A stretch of 63,042 bases of DNA from a virus (lineage: Duplodnaviria > Caudoviricetes): IMG/VR virus record IMGVR_UViG_3300043410_000495, positions 1 to 63,042 of that record; one strand, 5' to 3'. Below, one piece after another: positions 21,277-31,070 of the stretch. The notes beneath the pieces were generated by a model. That model searched no databases, was not told where the DNA came from, and saw nothing but the letters and a program-made list of their open reading frames with translations. The translations under genes and the position numbers were made by a program. Each line of letters begins with the position of its first letter. Within the stretch, counting starts at the first letter, position 1.

Positions 21277-22329
21277 ATGGCAAATAAAAATTTTGTAGTA
21301 CACAATGGGTTACAAGTAGGACCAGTAACAATATTTGGTGGAAATGGTGATGTTATTACTTCTGGTAATCTAACATCTACTGGTTCTGGATCAGTTCAAA
21401 CTGTATCTGTAACCAAATACTTGATGCAATTACCTGCATCATTGGCAGTTGGAACATGGTACAAATTTGGTACATTAACTCTTGCAAGTGGTACTGGTGT
21501 TGGTGAAGCATTAGAAATTGTATTAACTGGTGGTCAAGGTTATGGATCAAGTTCTATTGCCAAAGATGTTTTAGTGGTGCGTTTCCTTAATGGTTCTGGA
21601 ACAAATGTTCAGGGACAATTTTATAGTCTTGGTTACAGACGAGCCATTACTAATGTAAAAATTAAAAGTGTAAATGCAAGTGACACCGATACTTCTTGGG
21701 ATATTTACGGTTTAGTTTCCACTGATGCTGGTAATGGCATAGCAGAAATTAAAGTAAACAACAATGCCACATTCACGTGGTCAATGACTGCAGATAGTGA
21801 TCCGGGTTCTGCATCTAGTACTCTAGTAGTTGCTGAAGAAAAATTAGTAACAGCAAGTGCAAACGTTAACATTGTCAGTGGTAATTTATATGTTGGTGGT
21901 AACATTTATCAAAGTGGTATTCAAGTTAGCACTTCAAGTACAAACAATGGTTGGATAACTCAAACAATTACCGCAAATGGAACAACAGGCCCATTTAATT
22001 TAACAAATACACCTTCTGATATTGATCAGATTGCCGTTTGGTGGGATGGTATATTCCAACCAAAAGCTACATATAGTTTAACAACAAACCAATTAAGTTT
22101 TACAGAAGCTCCACCTTCTGGTTCCACTATTGAAGTGAAAATTCTTGGAGGCACTGGTGCGCAAAGATTAAGTACATTACAAGACATTAATTTTAGCACA
22201 AGTCCAACAGATGGACAATTTTTGAGTTATAACGCATCTACTCAAAAATGGGTTGCAGCGACATCTGCTACTGCATCTAGTGTTACTGATACTGCTGTTA
22301 AGTATGCAATTGTTTTTGGTGGATTGTAA
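21277..22329 (+). CDS. Virion structural / fibre connector protein
   Basis: NKNFVVHNGL N-terminus, DGIFQP...FTEAPP domain, ends KYAIVFGGL. Confidence 0.6.
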   Translation: MANKNFVVHNGLQVGPVTIFGGNGDVITSGNLTSTGSGSVQTVSVTKYLMQLPASLAVGTWYKFGTLTLASGTGVGEALEIVLTGGQGYGSSSIAKDVLVVRFLNGSGTNVQGQFYSLGYRRAITNVKIKSVNASDTDTSWDIYGLVSTDAGNGIAEIKVNNNATFTWSMTADSDPGSASSTLVVAEEKLVTASANVNIVSGNLYVGGNIYQSGIQVSTSSTNNGWITQTITANGTTGPFNLTNTPSDIDQIAVWWDGIFQPKATYSLTTNQLSFTEAPPSGSTIEVKILGGTGAQRLSTLQDINFSTSPTDGQFLSYNASTQKWVAATSATASSVTDTAVKYAIVFGGL

Positions 22330-22370
22330 AAAATACAGTAAATATAAAGAAAAATTGAGGAAGATTTAAC

Positions 22371-24956
22371 ATGGCAAAGAAAACGTATACAAGTGGTTAT
22401 ATATTTACTACTGGAACATCTGGTAATACTGCGGTAACACTACCAGATAAAGCAACACCAGAACAAATATTATTAATTATTCACGTTCCAAGTAAAACAA
22501 CGCTGTATTCTTTTAATGATACAACTTTTAATAATGTTGTTTTTAGTAATATTCAGAGAAGTGTAACAGTCACTGGCACTACAACTAATGGCAGTACAGC
22601 ATTAGTTTTTTCTGCACCTAATTATGCAACATTAAAGTATAATACGACTGGCGTTCAACAAGGGTGGCGTGTATCAGGTACTGGTATACCAACTACTGGT
22701 AACGTTGTAGATTATACCGATGGTAGTACTACTATCTACATGGACAGTCCTGCGACTGCATCTGGGTCAGTTTCAATAACATTCACTGATCAAAACTATG
22801 TTGCTAAATTAACTAATATTCCAATTGATACTAGTGCTTATTCTACATCAGATAAGTTGTTAATTATCACAGATAGTAACCCTGCCCCTCTGGTTAGCTT
22901 TAGAGATTTCTTAGTTGATCCAGTAGGTAAGTTACGTATTAGTCAACCACAATCACTGATTGATACCGACTTTGAATATGGTGCACAACCCACTAAATGG
23001 CAGACATTATTACAAACTAATAATTGGTTTGCTAGTTATGGTAAAAATACAGACTCAGCATTAACAGCAAATGTTGCTTCAATTAGTGGTAATGGAACTA
23101 ACTATGTTTCTGTTACAACAACAACTGCGCATGGCATTGCTGATGGACAACCTATTCAAGTTATTGGTACTTCAAGTGCAAATGCCAATGGCGATTTTAT
23201 AGCAAGTAATACTGGGGCAACATCATTTAGATATTATGCTGCTGGAACAGTAACATCAGGTTCAATTTACCAGAATGGTATAGTGGTATATCCAGGCGCT
23301 TTCTTCACCGGTGCTAATATTCCATTTACTGCAGTAAAAGGATTTGGTAATACTACTGTTCAATGTATTAATGCAGCAGAGCATGGGTTACAAGTAAACA
23401 ATACTGTCACATTCATTAATTTTGCAAATGTTAACATGAATGGACCTTGGACTATTGCTACTGTATCAAATACTAAAGCATTTGAATGTACTACATTAGG
23501 CACTACACTAGCAACATCATATACACAGGGACAGGGTAACGTGTATGTTCGTCCTCAAGGAATTGCCTACGCAAAACCATATGATGGTGGTATGTTAATG
23601 ACCACAAATGATACACAACCAAATACTAGTGTAATACGTCAAAGCCGTAAGTATTTCCGCTACCAGTCTGGTAAAGGTATTCAAGTATCTTTTGCTGTTG
23701 CATTTAATAATCCAGCACAGGCATCAAGTAATATTCAAAATCGTGCTGGTGTATTTGATGACCAGAATGGTGCATTCTATGAATGGGATGGATCTACATT
23801 ATGGGCTGTTCGCAGAAACAGTACTAGACAGATTACAGGAACTGTAACAGTAACTAACGGAAGCCAAACAGTTACTGGTTCTGGAACATCATTTACTGGT
23901 GAAGTTGCTGTTGGATCATACGTTGTAATTAAAGGACAAAGTTACAAAGTAATCGCAGTTGCTAGTAATACAAGCATGACTATCATACCTGCTTATAGAG
24001 CAGACCCAAGTATAGGAAGTTTGAGTGGTGTTTATGTAAGTGCAACAACTGATGCACGTATTCCACAAAGTGGGTTTAACCTTGATGTTGCTGATGGCAC
24101 TGGTGATAGTGGATTTAAACTTGATGTTAATAAGATTTTAATGTATTACATAGATTATGCATGGTATGGTGCTGGTACGATTCGTTTTGGTGTGAAAGAT
24201 CAATTCGGTGAAATTAAGTACCTACACAAATTTGTTCATGGTAATAATAAAATAGAAGCATACTTCCGTTCCGGTAATTTACCTGTTCGCTATGAAGTTA
24301 GAAATGGTAATACTGCGCCATCATCGTCCCCTACACTATTCCATTGGGGCACATCAATGATTATGGATGGTATGTTCCAAGATGATCGTGGATATACATT
24401 TGCACGTGCAGGACAATTGAATACAATTAATAATGCAAATCCGTATTGCTTGTTGAATATTCGTTTAGCACCAACTGCAGATTCTGGTATACCAGGAGAA
24501 TATGGAGTTAGAGATTTGACTAATCACATGCAGTTATGGCCATTGGGAGTTGACGTAGCAGCATCCGATACAGTATTGGTTAGCGTTATATTAAATGGAC
24601 AGCTAGGTTCTCCAGCACCAGTTTGGACTAATGTTGGTGGTAATAGCTTAACACAATATGATGATCAGGCTACCATAGTGACTGGTGGTGAAACAGTTTT
24701 CCAAGGCTATACACAGCCAGCACCCGCACGTCAAACAACATATAACTATTTTGGTCAGCCAGTTACAACTGGTACCAGTTATGGTATTACAACACTAGAC
24801 CTTAGTAAAATTAAAGAACTTAATAATGCTATCTTGGGTGGATTTAATACCTATCCAGATGGGCCAGATACATTAAGTGTAGTTGTTACTCCGCTTAATA
24901 CTGGATTAACATACTACGCTAGAGCAACATTACGCTGGCAAGAGAACCAGTCATAA
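22371..24956 (+). CDS. Large virion protein (paralog A)
   Basis: DPVGKLRISQPQSLIDTDFEYG, YFRYQSGKG, IDYAWYGAG, YPDGPD shared with 46309-49509; late box at 22337-22344. Confidence 0.7.
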   Translation: MAKKTYTSGYIFTTGTSGNTAVTLPDKATPEQILLIIHVPSKTTLYSFNDTTFNNVVFSNIQRSVTVTGTTTNGSTALVFSAPNYATLKYNTTGVQQGWRVSGTGIPTTGNVVDYTDGSTTIYMDSPATASGSVSITFTDQNYVAKLTNIPIDTSAYSTSDKLLIITDSNPAPLVSFRDFLVDPVGKLRISQPQSLIDTDFEYGAQPTKWQTLLQTNNWFASYGKNTDSALTANVASISGNGTNYVSVTTTTAHGIADGQPIQVIGTSSANANGDFIASNTGATSFRYYAAGTVTSGSIYQNGIVVYPGAFFTGANIPFTAVKGFGNTTVQCINAAEHGLQVNNTVTFINFANVNMNGPWTIATVSNTKAFECTTLGTTLATSYTQGQGNVYVRPQGIAYAKPYDGGMLMTTNDTQPNTSVIRQSRKYFRYQSGKGIQVSFAVAFNNPAQASSNIQNRAGVFDDQNGAFYEWDGSTLWAVRRNSTRQITGTVTVTNGSQTVTGSGTSFTGEVAVGSYVVIKGQSYKVIAVASNTSMTIIPAYRADPSIGSLSGVYVSATTDARIPQSGFNLDVADGTGDSGFKLDVNKILMYYIDYAWYGAGTIRFGVKDQFGEIKYLHKFVHGNNKIEAYFRSGNLPVRYEVRNGNTAPSSSPTLFHWGTSMIMDGMFQDDRGYTFARAGQLNTINNANPYCLLNIRLAPTADSGIPGEYGVRDLTNHMQLWPLGVDVAASDTVLVSVILNGQLGSPAPVWTNVGGNSLTQYDDQATIVTGGETVFQGYTQPAPARQTTYNYFGQPVTTGTSYGITTLDLSKIKELNNAILGGFNTYPDGPDTLSVVVTPLNTGLTYYARATLRWQENQS

Positions 24957-24968
24957 TAAGGAAAAAAG

Positions 24969-25592
24969 ATGGCATTACAAAGAATTGACACGGTATATGG
25001 TGCGTTAGCGTTAAATGGGAATGTAATACCTACATTTACTACTGCAAATACTTTTATTGGTAATGCAGTAAATCGTGTGGGTAATGTATTTGCAACAGCA
25101 TTCAATGCCAATGCCACTAGTACATTTGCTAATATTATCCCAAATGCAAACGTAACAGCAAATATAGGCAGTTCAACTGCTTGGTTTAACACATTTTTTG
25201 GTGTGTCAACTCAAGCACGTTATGCTGACTTAGCAGAAAATTATCAATCTGATGCACAGTATGAAGCAGGTACAGTATTGGAATTTGGTGGTGTTTCTGA
25301 GGTAACAATTGCAGAAGATGGTACACGCAGAGTTGCTGGAATTGTTTCATCAAACCCAGCATATTTGATGAATGGTGGTTTAACTGGTGAAAATGTAATT
25401 AGCCTAGCACTTATGGGGCGTGTTCCATGTAAAGTTCGTGGGAAAATACGTAAGGGTGATATGTTAGTTAGTGGTGGTGGGGGTTATGCTAGACCAGAAA
25501 ATGCTCCACAAATAGGTTCAGTGGTTGGTAAAGCACTGGAAGATTTTGATGGAGGAGAAGGCATTATTGAAGTAGTTGTTGGAAGACTCTAA
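24969..25592 (+). CDS. Short fibre protein with peptidase-G2-like intramolecular chaperone domain
   Basis: YADLAE.Y...GTV...VAGIVS.NPAYLMN...GRVPCKVRG...KGD; paralog of 49509-50117. Confidence 0.65.
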   Translation: MALQRIDTVYGALALNGNVIPTFTTANTFIGNAVNRVGNVFATAFNANATSTFANIIPNANVTANIGSSTAWFNTFFGVSTQARYADLAENYQSDAQYEAGTVLEFGGVSEVTIAEDGTRRVAGIVSSNPAYLMNGGLTGENVISLALMGRVPCKVRGKIRKGDMLVSGGGGYARPENAPQIGSVVGKALEDFDGGEGIIEVVVGRL

Positions 25593-25612
25593 CACTTACT
25601 GCATTTTTAGTC

Positions 25613-25643
25613 AAAAGGGGCACTTAGGTGCCCTTTGTTTTTT
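25613..25643 (+). terminator. Rho-independent terminator
   Basis: AAAGGGGCAC-TTAG-GTGCCCTTT-GTTTTTT. Confidence 0.85.
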
Positions 25644-25674
25644 GCGATAAATACTAAATGCTGCAGGATAAAAA

Positions 25675-28600
25675 ATGGCGCTAACCAGACCAAAGTTTAC
25701 ACAGATCAATACTACGATTTCTGAAATTACCGATCCAATTTCGGTACTAAATCAGGGGTCAAACTTAGCCAATGTAGACATTGGTCTATTAATGAATCGC
25801 AACAATGGTAGTACCAGTAATGTTGCATTCTACTGGAGCGAGTCTGGTAATACATTTGTTGCTGGTTGGACTAATAATACCGGTGTTTCAAATTCTAATA
25901 TTTCTATTACTGATTATGCTAATTTAAAAGTTAATAATATTTACGGCAATATTGGTGGTGGAAACAGTCAAGCAAATGTATTCATAACTGGTAGTTTAAT
26001 ACCTTCAGCCAATCTTTCTTACGATTTAGGTAGTAATACAAAACGATTTAATACACTTTGGTTATCTGGAACAACGATTAACCTTGGTGGAGAAACAGTC
26101 AAGTTTCAAAATGGTAATTGGGAATTCACCACTGCTGGTGGACCAACTATCTATCTTGGTAATCTTTCATCATTTACTAATTTAACTTCTAGTAACGTTA
26201 CATTTACTGGTGGTTATGCTGATAATTTAAAATTAGGTCCTAATATAGCAGCATCAGCCAATGTAACTACATTAACTGTAAATGACAATACTAATACAAG
26301 TGGTCTTGGAACTGGTGCATTAATAGTTTCCAGTGGTGGTGCAGCAATCCAAAAAGATTTATACGTTGGTGGAAATATTTACGTATCAAATCTTATTAGT
26401 CAAACAAGCAGTATTCTACAAGTTAATGAACCTTTAGTTTATTTAGAAGCTGCAGATGCACCATCATACAATTATGAAATTGGTATATATAGTAATTTTA
26501 TTGGTGGACCACTTAATAATTATCAACACACAGGGATAGTACGAAATCACGCTGATAACTCATGGTATTTCTTTAGTAATATCCCAGAACCAAGTGGTGG
26601 TACTGTAGATTTAGCAAATGTTAATATTATATACGACACAGTTCGTGCTGGTGCTTTAATATTATCAAATTCAACTGTATCAACATCAACATCAACTGGA
26701 GCATTACGTGTAAGTGGTGGGGCTGGGATAGCTGGTGCATTATACATTGGAAACACAGGAGATGTTTCTGCCAATATTGGTGCTTTGTTTAATGGAAACA
26801 TTAGCACAAATGCAAATCTAGGTGCATATCAATCTTGGGCCAATGCAAATCTAGTAACTCAAACAACAAATATCAATGATATAAATGCAAATATTGGTGC
26901 GTATTACACATACGCTAATGCAAATATAGGAACATTGTATCTTGGTAACATTAGCACAAATGCAAACTTAGGTGCATATCAGACATGGGCTAATGCAAAT
27001 ATTTCTGCACAACAAGTAGAAATAAACAACATTGTTTCAACTGCCAATACAAATACTGCAGCATATATTTCTACTTACACTGGTAATGTTAGTGCTGGCA
27101 ATGTTAATGTAACAAGCAATGTTCATACAAGTGGAATATTATCTAATACATATTATGGCACTATCAATATTGGCACTACTGCATTTGATCTTTCAAGATC
27201 AAGTGGAAGTCAAACATTAACTGGTATAAGCATTGATGGTAGTGCTTCCAGTGCATCAACTGCAACTACTGCAACTAATTCTGTAAATTCTGGCATTACA
27301 GCAAATACAAATACTGGTACAGGATATATTACTTTTGTTTCTGCTACAAGTGGCAACAATCCATTATATGCAACTACATCACTGACATTTAATCCAGCAA
27401 CTGGTTTATTAACTCCATATGCAATTAATATTAATGGTGGCACTGCATCTACCTCTACATCAACTGGAGCATTAATAGTTAATGGTGGTGCAGGTGTAAG
27501 TGGTAATGTATATTCTGGTGCTGTTTATACGTCTGGACTCTATTGGGCTGGTAATAACGTATCAATAACTGGACCTGCTGGTGGTGTTAGTGGGTCAATT
27601 ACATACAATAATAGTGGCTCACAAGATGGAACTAACATCATTTATGATAATGTTAGTGGTAACGTAGTATTCACTGATACTACTGACAGTACAAACATAA
27701 CAACTGGAGCAGTTGTTCTTAAAGGTGGTATTGGTATTGCTGGTAATGCATTCGTTGGTAATGTGCTTGCAACTGGATTCTTTTATGCAAATGGAACACC
27801 ATTCTCAAGCAGCAATTATGGCAATGTACAAATGCTTGCTAACTTGGCTGGTACTACTCCAGTTACTGTTGGTGGAAATTTAACAGTTACAGGAAATTTA
27901 TCGGTTGTTGGTAACATTACTTCAGTAAATTATGAATACGTTACTAATACAGAATTTGCAAATGTTATTGTTGCAAATACAATTAATGCAGCAACAATTG
28001 GTAATACTGGCGCAGTATTTACTGGCGCTTCGCTTTCTCTTACTAATGTTGGTGATGTAAGTGCAAACATAGGAACGTTATTCCTTGGTAATACTAGTAC
28101 ACAAGCCAACTTGGGTGCATACCAAATATACGCTAATACTAATGCTGCAACACAAGCAACAAGTATTAACTCAATTAATGCAAACTTAGGCGCATATCAA
28201 ACTTATGCAAATGCCAATGTCGTAGCTATACAAGCTAATTTAGGTGCATATCAAACTTGGGCTAATACTTCAATCACTAGTTTATATACTAGTGCCAATG
28301 CAAATACTGCTGCATATTTAACTACCTATACTGGAAACATTCAAGCTGGAAACGTTACTGTTACTGGAAATGTAAATGTAACTAGCAATGTATTTGCTAA
28401 TGTGCTTTATACAACAAATGGTATTCGTTGGGCAGGTAATAATGTCGCATTTACTAGTGGAGGTGGTGGGGGTGGTACATTTACAGCAAGTAATACAGCA
28501 CCGTCAAGTCCATCAAAAGGTGATCAATGGTATTACATTGCTAGTGACATACTATTTGAATATATTGACGATGGTGATAGTTTACAGTGGGTTGATACAA

Positions 28601-30324
28601 GCAGCCCTGTTGCTCCAACAAGCACTGTAGTTTCAGATTTAGTATTATCTAATGTTAGTATTAGCAGTGTTTACAACGTTAATTCTACGAAAACAGCATT
28701 GGGGATATTGCCAACAGTAGGAACAACTCCACCAGCAAGTCCAATACGTGGTGATTATTGGTATAACACTAACGAAGATATATTATATCAATACACCTAT
28801 GATGGTACTAGCAATTATTGGGTAGATGTTACGTCCGAAACATTCAGTTCAACTGCGGGAAGCCAGTTATTAGATACAACAATTCAAGGTAACTTAGTTC
28901 CATCAGCGAATATAACATATAGTTTAGGAACTACTACAAAACGATTTAAAGATTTATTTTTAAGTGGTACTACGATTGATCTCGGCGGTGCAACGATTAA
29001 AACAGATGCTACCAGCGGCGCAATTGCTTTAATACCTCAACCAACAGTGGCGAATCCAAATCCAACAGGTATTGTTGTTTCTCCGTCTGGAACAGTAAGT
29101 ACAGTATCCACCACAGGTGGTACGCTAACTGCAAATGCAATTAGCAATTCATCTAATACCGCAGTCGCAACAAATACAACTACGTTTGGAAATATAACTT
29201 CAAATGGTAATGTTATTACATCAAACGTCTATGCGGATAGATTTTTCTATTCTAATGGCACAGCATTTAGTAGTTCAAGTTTTGGAAATACAGATGTTGC
29301 AGCATATATGACTTCAAATGTGTCTGGGATGTCATTGAGAACAGACGTATTAAGTATTCCAGTAGGTACAACAGCACAAAGACCAGCAACGGCTTCAAAC
29401 GGGGCACTTAGATACAATACAACAAGGGCAGCATTGGAAACATACATGCCCACTGGTGGATGGACGATTCTTGCACAAGATGTAGTCACTTTAGAATATA
29501 TTATTGTTGCAGGAGGTGGAGGCGGTGGTACATGGGCAGGTGGAGGTGGAGGAGGAGCAGGTGGCGTTCTCTATTCTGCGTCACTTAGTGCAACAACAAA
29601 TGCTGCATACACTGTTACTGTTGGTGGCGGTGGTGCTGCTGGAGCATCAAGTCCTAACGGACCTAATGGTGTGAGTGGTTCAAATTCTTCAATTGTCTAT
29701 GCACCATCAGGAGTAAATTTTGTTGCCACTGGTGGTGGTAATGGTGGATATACCGGACCTACTGGTTCCAGTAATACTGGTGGTTCTGGCGGTGGTGCAA
29801 CTTATAACGTTGCATCTGGTTCTAATGGTATCGCTGGTCAAGGATATGCTGGAGGGGGCGGTTACAGCCCAACTTTAGTGGGGGGTGGCGGTGGAGGTGC
29901 AGGTGCTGTGGGTACCGCAGGTTCTGCTAGTGGTGCCGGACCTGGTGGTATAGGTGTAAGTTATTCTGCGTTTAGTACATTTGGTTCAGCAGGATATTTT
30001 GGAGGCGGAGGCGGCGGCGGCAATCATGGAAATGGTGGAAACGGAACTGGAGGAACAGGAGGATCCGGAGGAGGTGCCAATGGCGGAGCATACAATGTAA
30101 ATGCTCAAGCACCTTCCGGAACACAATACACCGGAGGTGGAGGTGGTGGTGCTGGTGGACAATCTGGTGTATACGGTGTTGCTAGTGGTGCAGGTGGTTC
30201 AGGGGCAGTTGTCATTCGTTATGCAGGAACAGTTCAAAGAGCCACTGGAGGAACGGTAAGTGTTATTAATGGATACACGTATCATTACTTTACAGCCACC
30301 GGAACATTTAACTTCACTGGTTAA
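25675..30324 (+). CDS. Long fibre protein with glycine-rich C-terminal tip
   Basis: 1549 aa; ANLGAYQ repeats, two GDxWY...L(F/Y)xYxxDGxxxxWVD units, IPVGTTAQRP, poly-Gly domain, YTYHYF end; late box at 25646-25653. Confidence 0.75.
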   Translation: MALTRPKFTQINTTISEITDPISVLNQGSNLANVDIGLLMNRNNGSTSNVAFYWSESGNTFVAGWTNNTGVSNSNISITDYANLKVNNIYGNIGGGNSQANVFITGSLIPSANLSYDLGSNTKRFNTLWLSGTTINLGGETVKFQNGNWEFTTAGGPTIYLGNLSSFTNLTSSNVTFTGGYADNLKLGPNIAASANVTTLTVNDNTNTSGLGTGALIVSSGGAAIQKDLYVGGNIYVSNLISQTSSILQVNEPLVYLEAADAPSYNYEIGIYSNFIGGPLNNYQHTGIVRNHADNSWYFFSNIPEPSGGTVDLANVNIIYDTVRAGALILSNSTVSTSTSTGALRVSGGAGIAGALYIGNTGDVSANIGALFNGNISTNANLGAYQSWANANLVTQTTNINDINANIGAYYTYANANIGTLYLGNISTNANLGAYQTWANANISAQQVEINNIVSTANTNTAAYISTYTGNVSAGNVNVTSNVHTSGILSNTYYGTINIGTTAFDLSRSSGSQTLTGISIDGSASSASTATTATNSVNSGITANTNTGTGYITFVSATSGNNPLYATTSLTFNPATGLLTPYAININGGTASTSTSTGALIVNGGAGVSGNVYSGAVYTSGLYWAGNNVSITGPAGGVSGSITYNNSGSQDGTNIIYDNVSGNVVFTDTTDSTNITTGAVVLKGGIGIAGNAFVGNVLATGFFYANGTPFSSSNYGNVQMLANLAGTTPVTVGGNLTVTGNLSVVGNITSVNYEYVTNTEFANVIVANTINAATIGNTGAVFTGASLSLTNVGDVSANIGTLFLGNTSTQANLGAYQIYANTNAATQATSINSINANLGAYQTYANANVVAIQANLGAYQTWANTSITSLYTSANANTAAYLTTYTGNIQAGNVTVTGNVNVTSNVFANVLYTTNGIRWAGNNVAFTSGGGGGGTFTASNTAPSSPSKGDQWYYIASDILFEYIDDGDSLQWVDTSSPVAPTSTVVSDLVLSNVSISSVYNVNSTKTALGILPTVGTTPPASPIRGDYWYNTNEDILYQYTYDGTSNYWVDVTSETFSSTAGSQLLDTTIQGNLVPSANITYSLGTTTKRFKDLFLSGTTIDLGGATIKTDATSGAIALIPQPTVANPNPTGIVVSPSGTVSTVSTTGGTLTANAISNSSNTAVATNTTTFGNITSNGNVITSNVYADRFFYSNGTAFSSSSFGNTDVAAYMTSNVSGMSLRTDVLSIPVGTTAQRPATASNGALRYNTTRAALETYMPTGGWTILAQDVVTLEYIIVAGGGGGGTWAGGGGGGAGGVLYSASLSATTNAAYTVTVGGGGAAGASSPNGPNGVSGSNSSIVYAPSGVNFVATGGGNGGYTGPTGSSNTGGSGGGATYNVASGSNGIAGQGYAGGGGYSPTLVGGGGGGAGAVGTAGSASGAGPGGIGVSYSAFSTFGSAGYFGGGGGGGNHGNGGNGTGGTGGSGGGANGGAYNVNAQAPSGTQYTGGGGGGAGGQSGVYGVASGAGGSGAVVIRYAGTVQRATGGTVSVINGYTYHYFTATGTFNFTG

Positions 30325-30336
30325 GGATAAAATAAA

Positions 30337-30711
30337 ATGGCATTCCCAATATCACCAACAAATGGACAAACAGCAACGGTAAATAATATTACGTATGTTT
30401 ACGCCAGCGCAACTAATAGTTGGAAGAAAAGTACAGCAGCGATTGCTAATGCTACTGTTACAGGAACTTTAACAGCATCTAATATATCAGTAACTGCAAA
30501 TGTTACTGCAGGTAACGTCGTAACTGGAATAGTAACTGCCACAGGAAATGTAAAAGCAGCAAATTTAACTACTACTGGAAATGTAACAACATCATATGTA
30601 ATTGCAACTGGAAATGTTCAAGGTAATTATGTATTAGGTGATGGATCAAAACTAACAAACACTACAACAACAGGAAAGGCTATTGCAATGTCAATAGTAT
30701 TCGGAGGATAA
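30337..30711 (+). CDS. Short fibre/linker protein
   Basis: MAFPISPTNGQ N-terminal anchor, (G/A)NVT repeats, C-terminal GKAIAMSIVFGG. Confidence 0.65.
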   Translation: MAFPISPTNGQTATVNNITYVYASATNSWKKSTAAIANATVTGTLTASNISVTANVTAGNVVTGIVTATGNVKAANLTTTGNVTTSYVIATGNVQGNYVLGDGSKLTNTTTTGKAIAMSIVFGG

Positions 30712-30712
30712 C

Positions 30713-31069
30713 ATGGCAGCACCTAATATAGTCGGCGTAACCACGATTTATGGAAAAACAGCATACGCACAATTAACCACTACATTATCAAATGTAATTA
30801 CTAATGGATCAACGAGCGGTAATGTTATGAAGGTAAATGATGTATTAGTAGCAAATTATACTACTTCATCTGTTTATTGTAATGTTGCAATTGGTAGAGG
30901 TTCATCTTCATATTATATAGCAGGTAATATGACTGTCCCTGCAAATAGTACACTAGTTGTAGTGGCAAAAGATAGCTCATTGTATATGGAAGAAGGTGAT
31001 TATTTACAAGCAAATTGTAGTTCAGCAACGGCAGCACAGGTTACTTGTTCATATGAGGTAATTAGCTAA
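30713..31069 (+). CDS. Adaptor-type virion protein (MAAPN family, copy 2)
   Basis: Paralog of 13917-14273. Confidence 0.7.
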   Translation: MAAPNIVGVTTIYGKTAYAQLTTTLSNVITNGSTSGNVMKVNDVLVANYTTSSVYCNVAIGRGSSSYYIAGNMTVPANSTLVVVAKDSSLYMEEGDYLQANCSSATAAQVTCSYEVIS

Positions 31070-31070
31070 A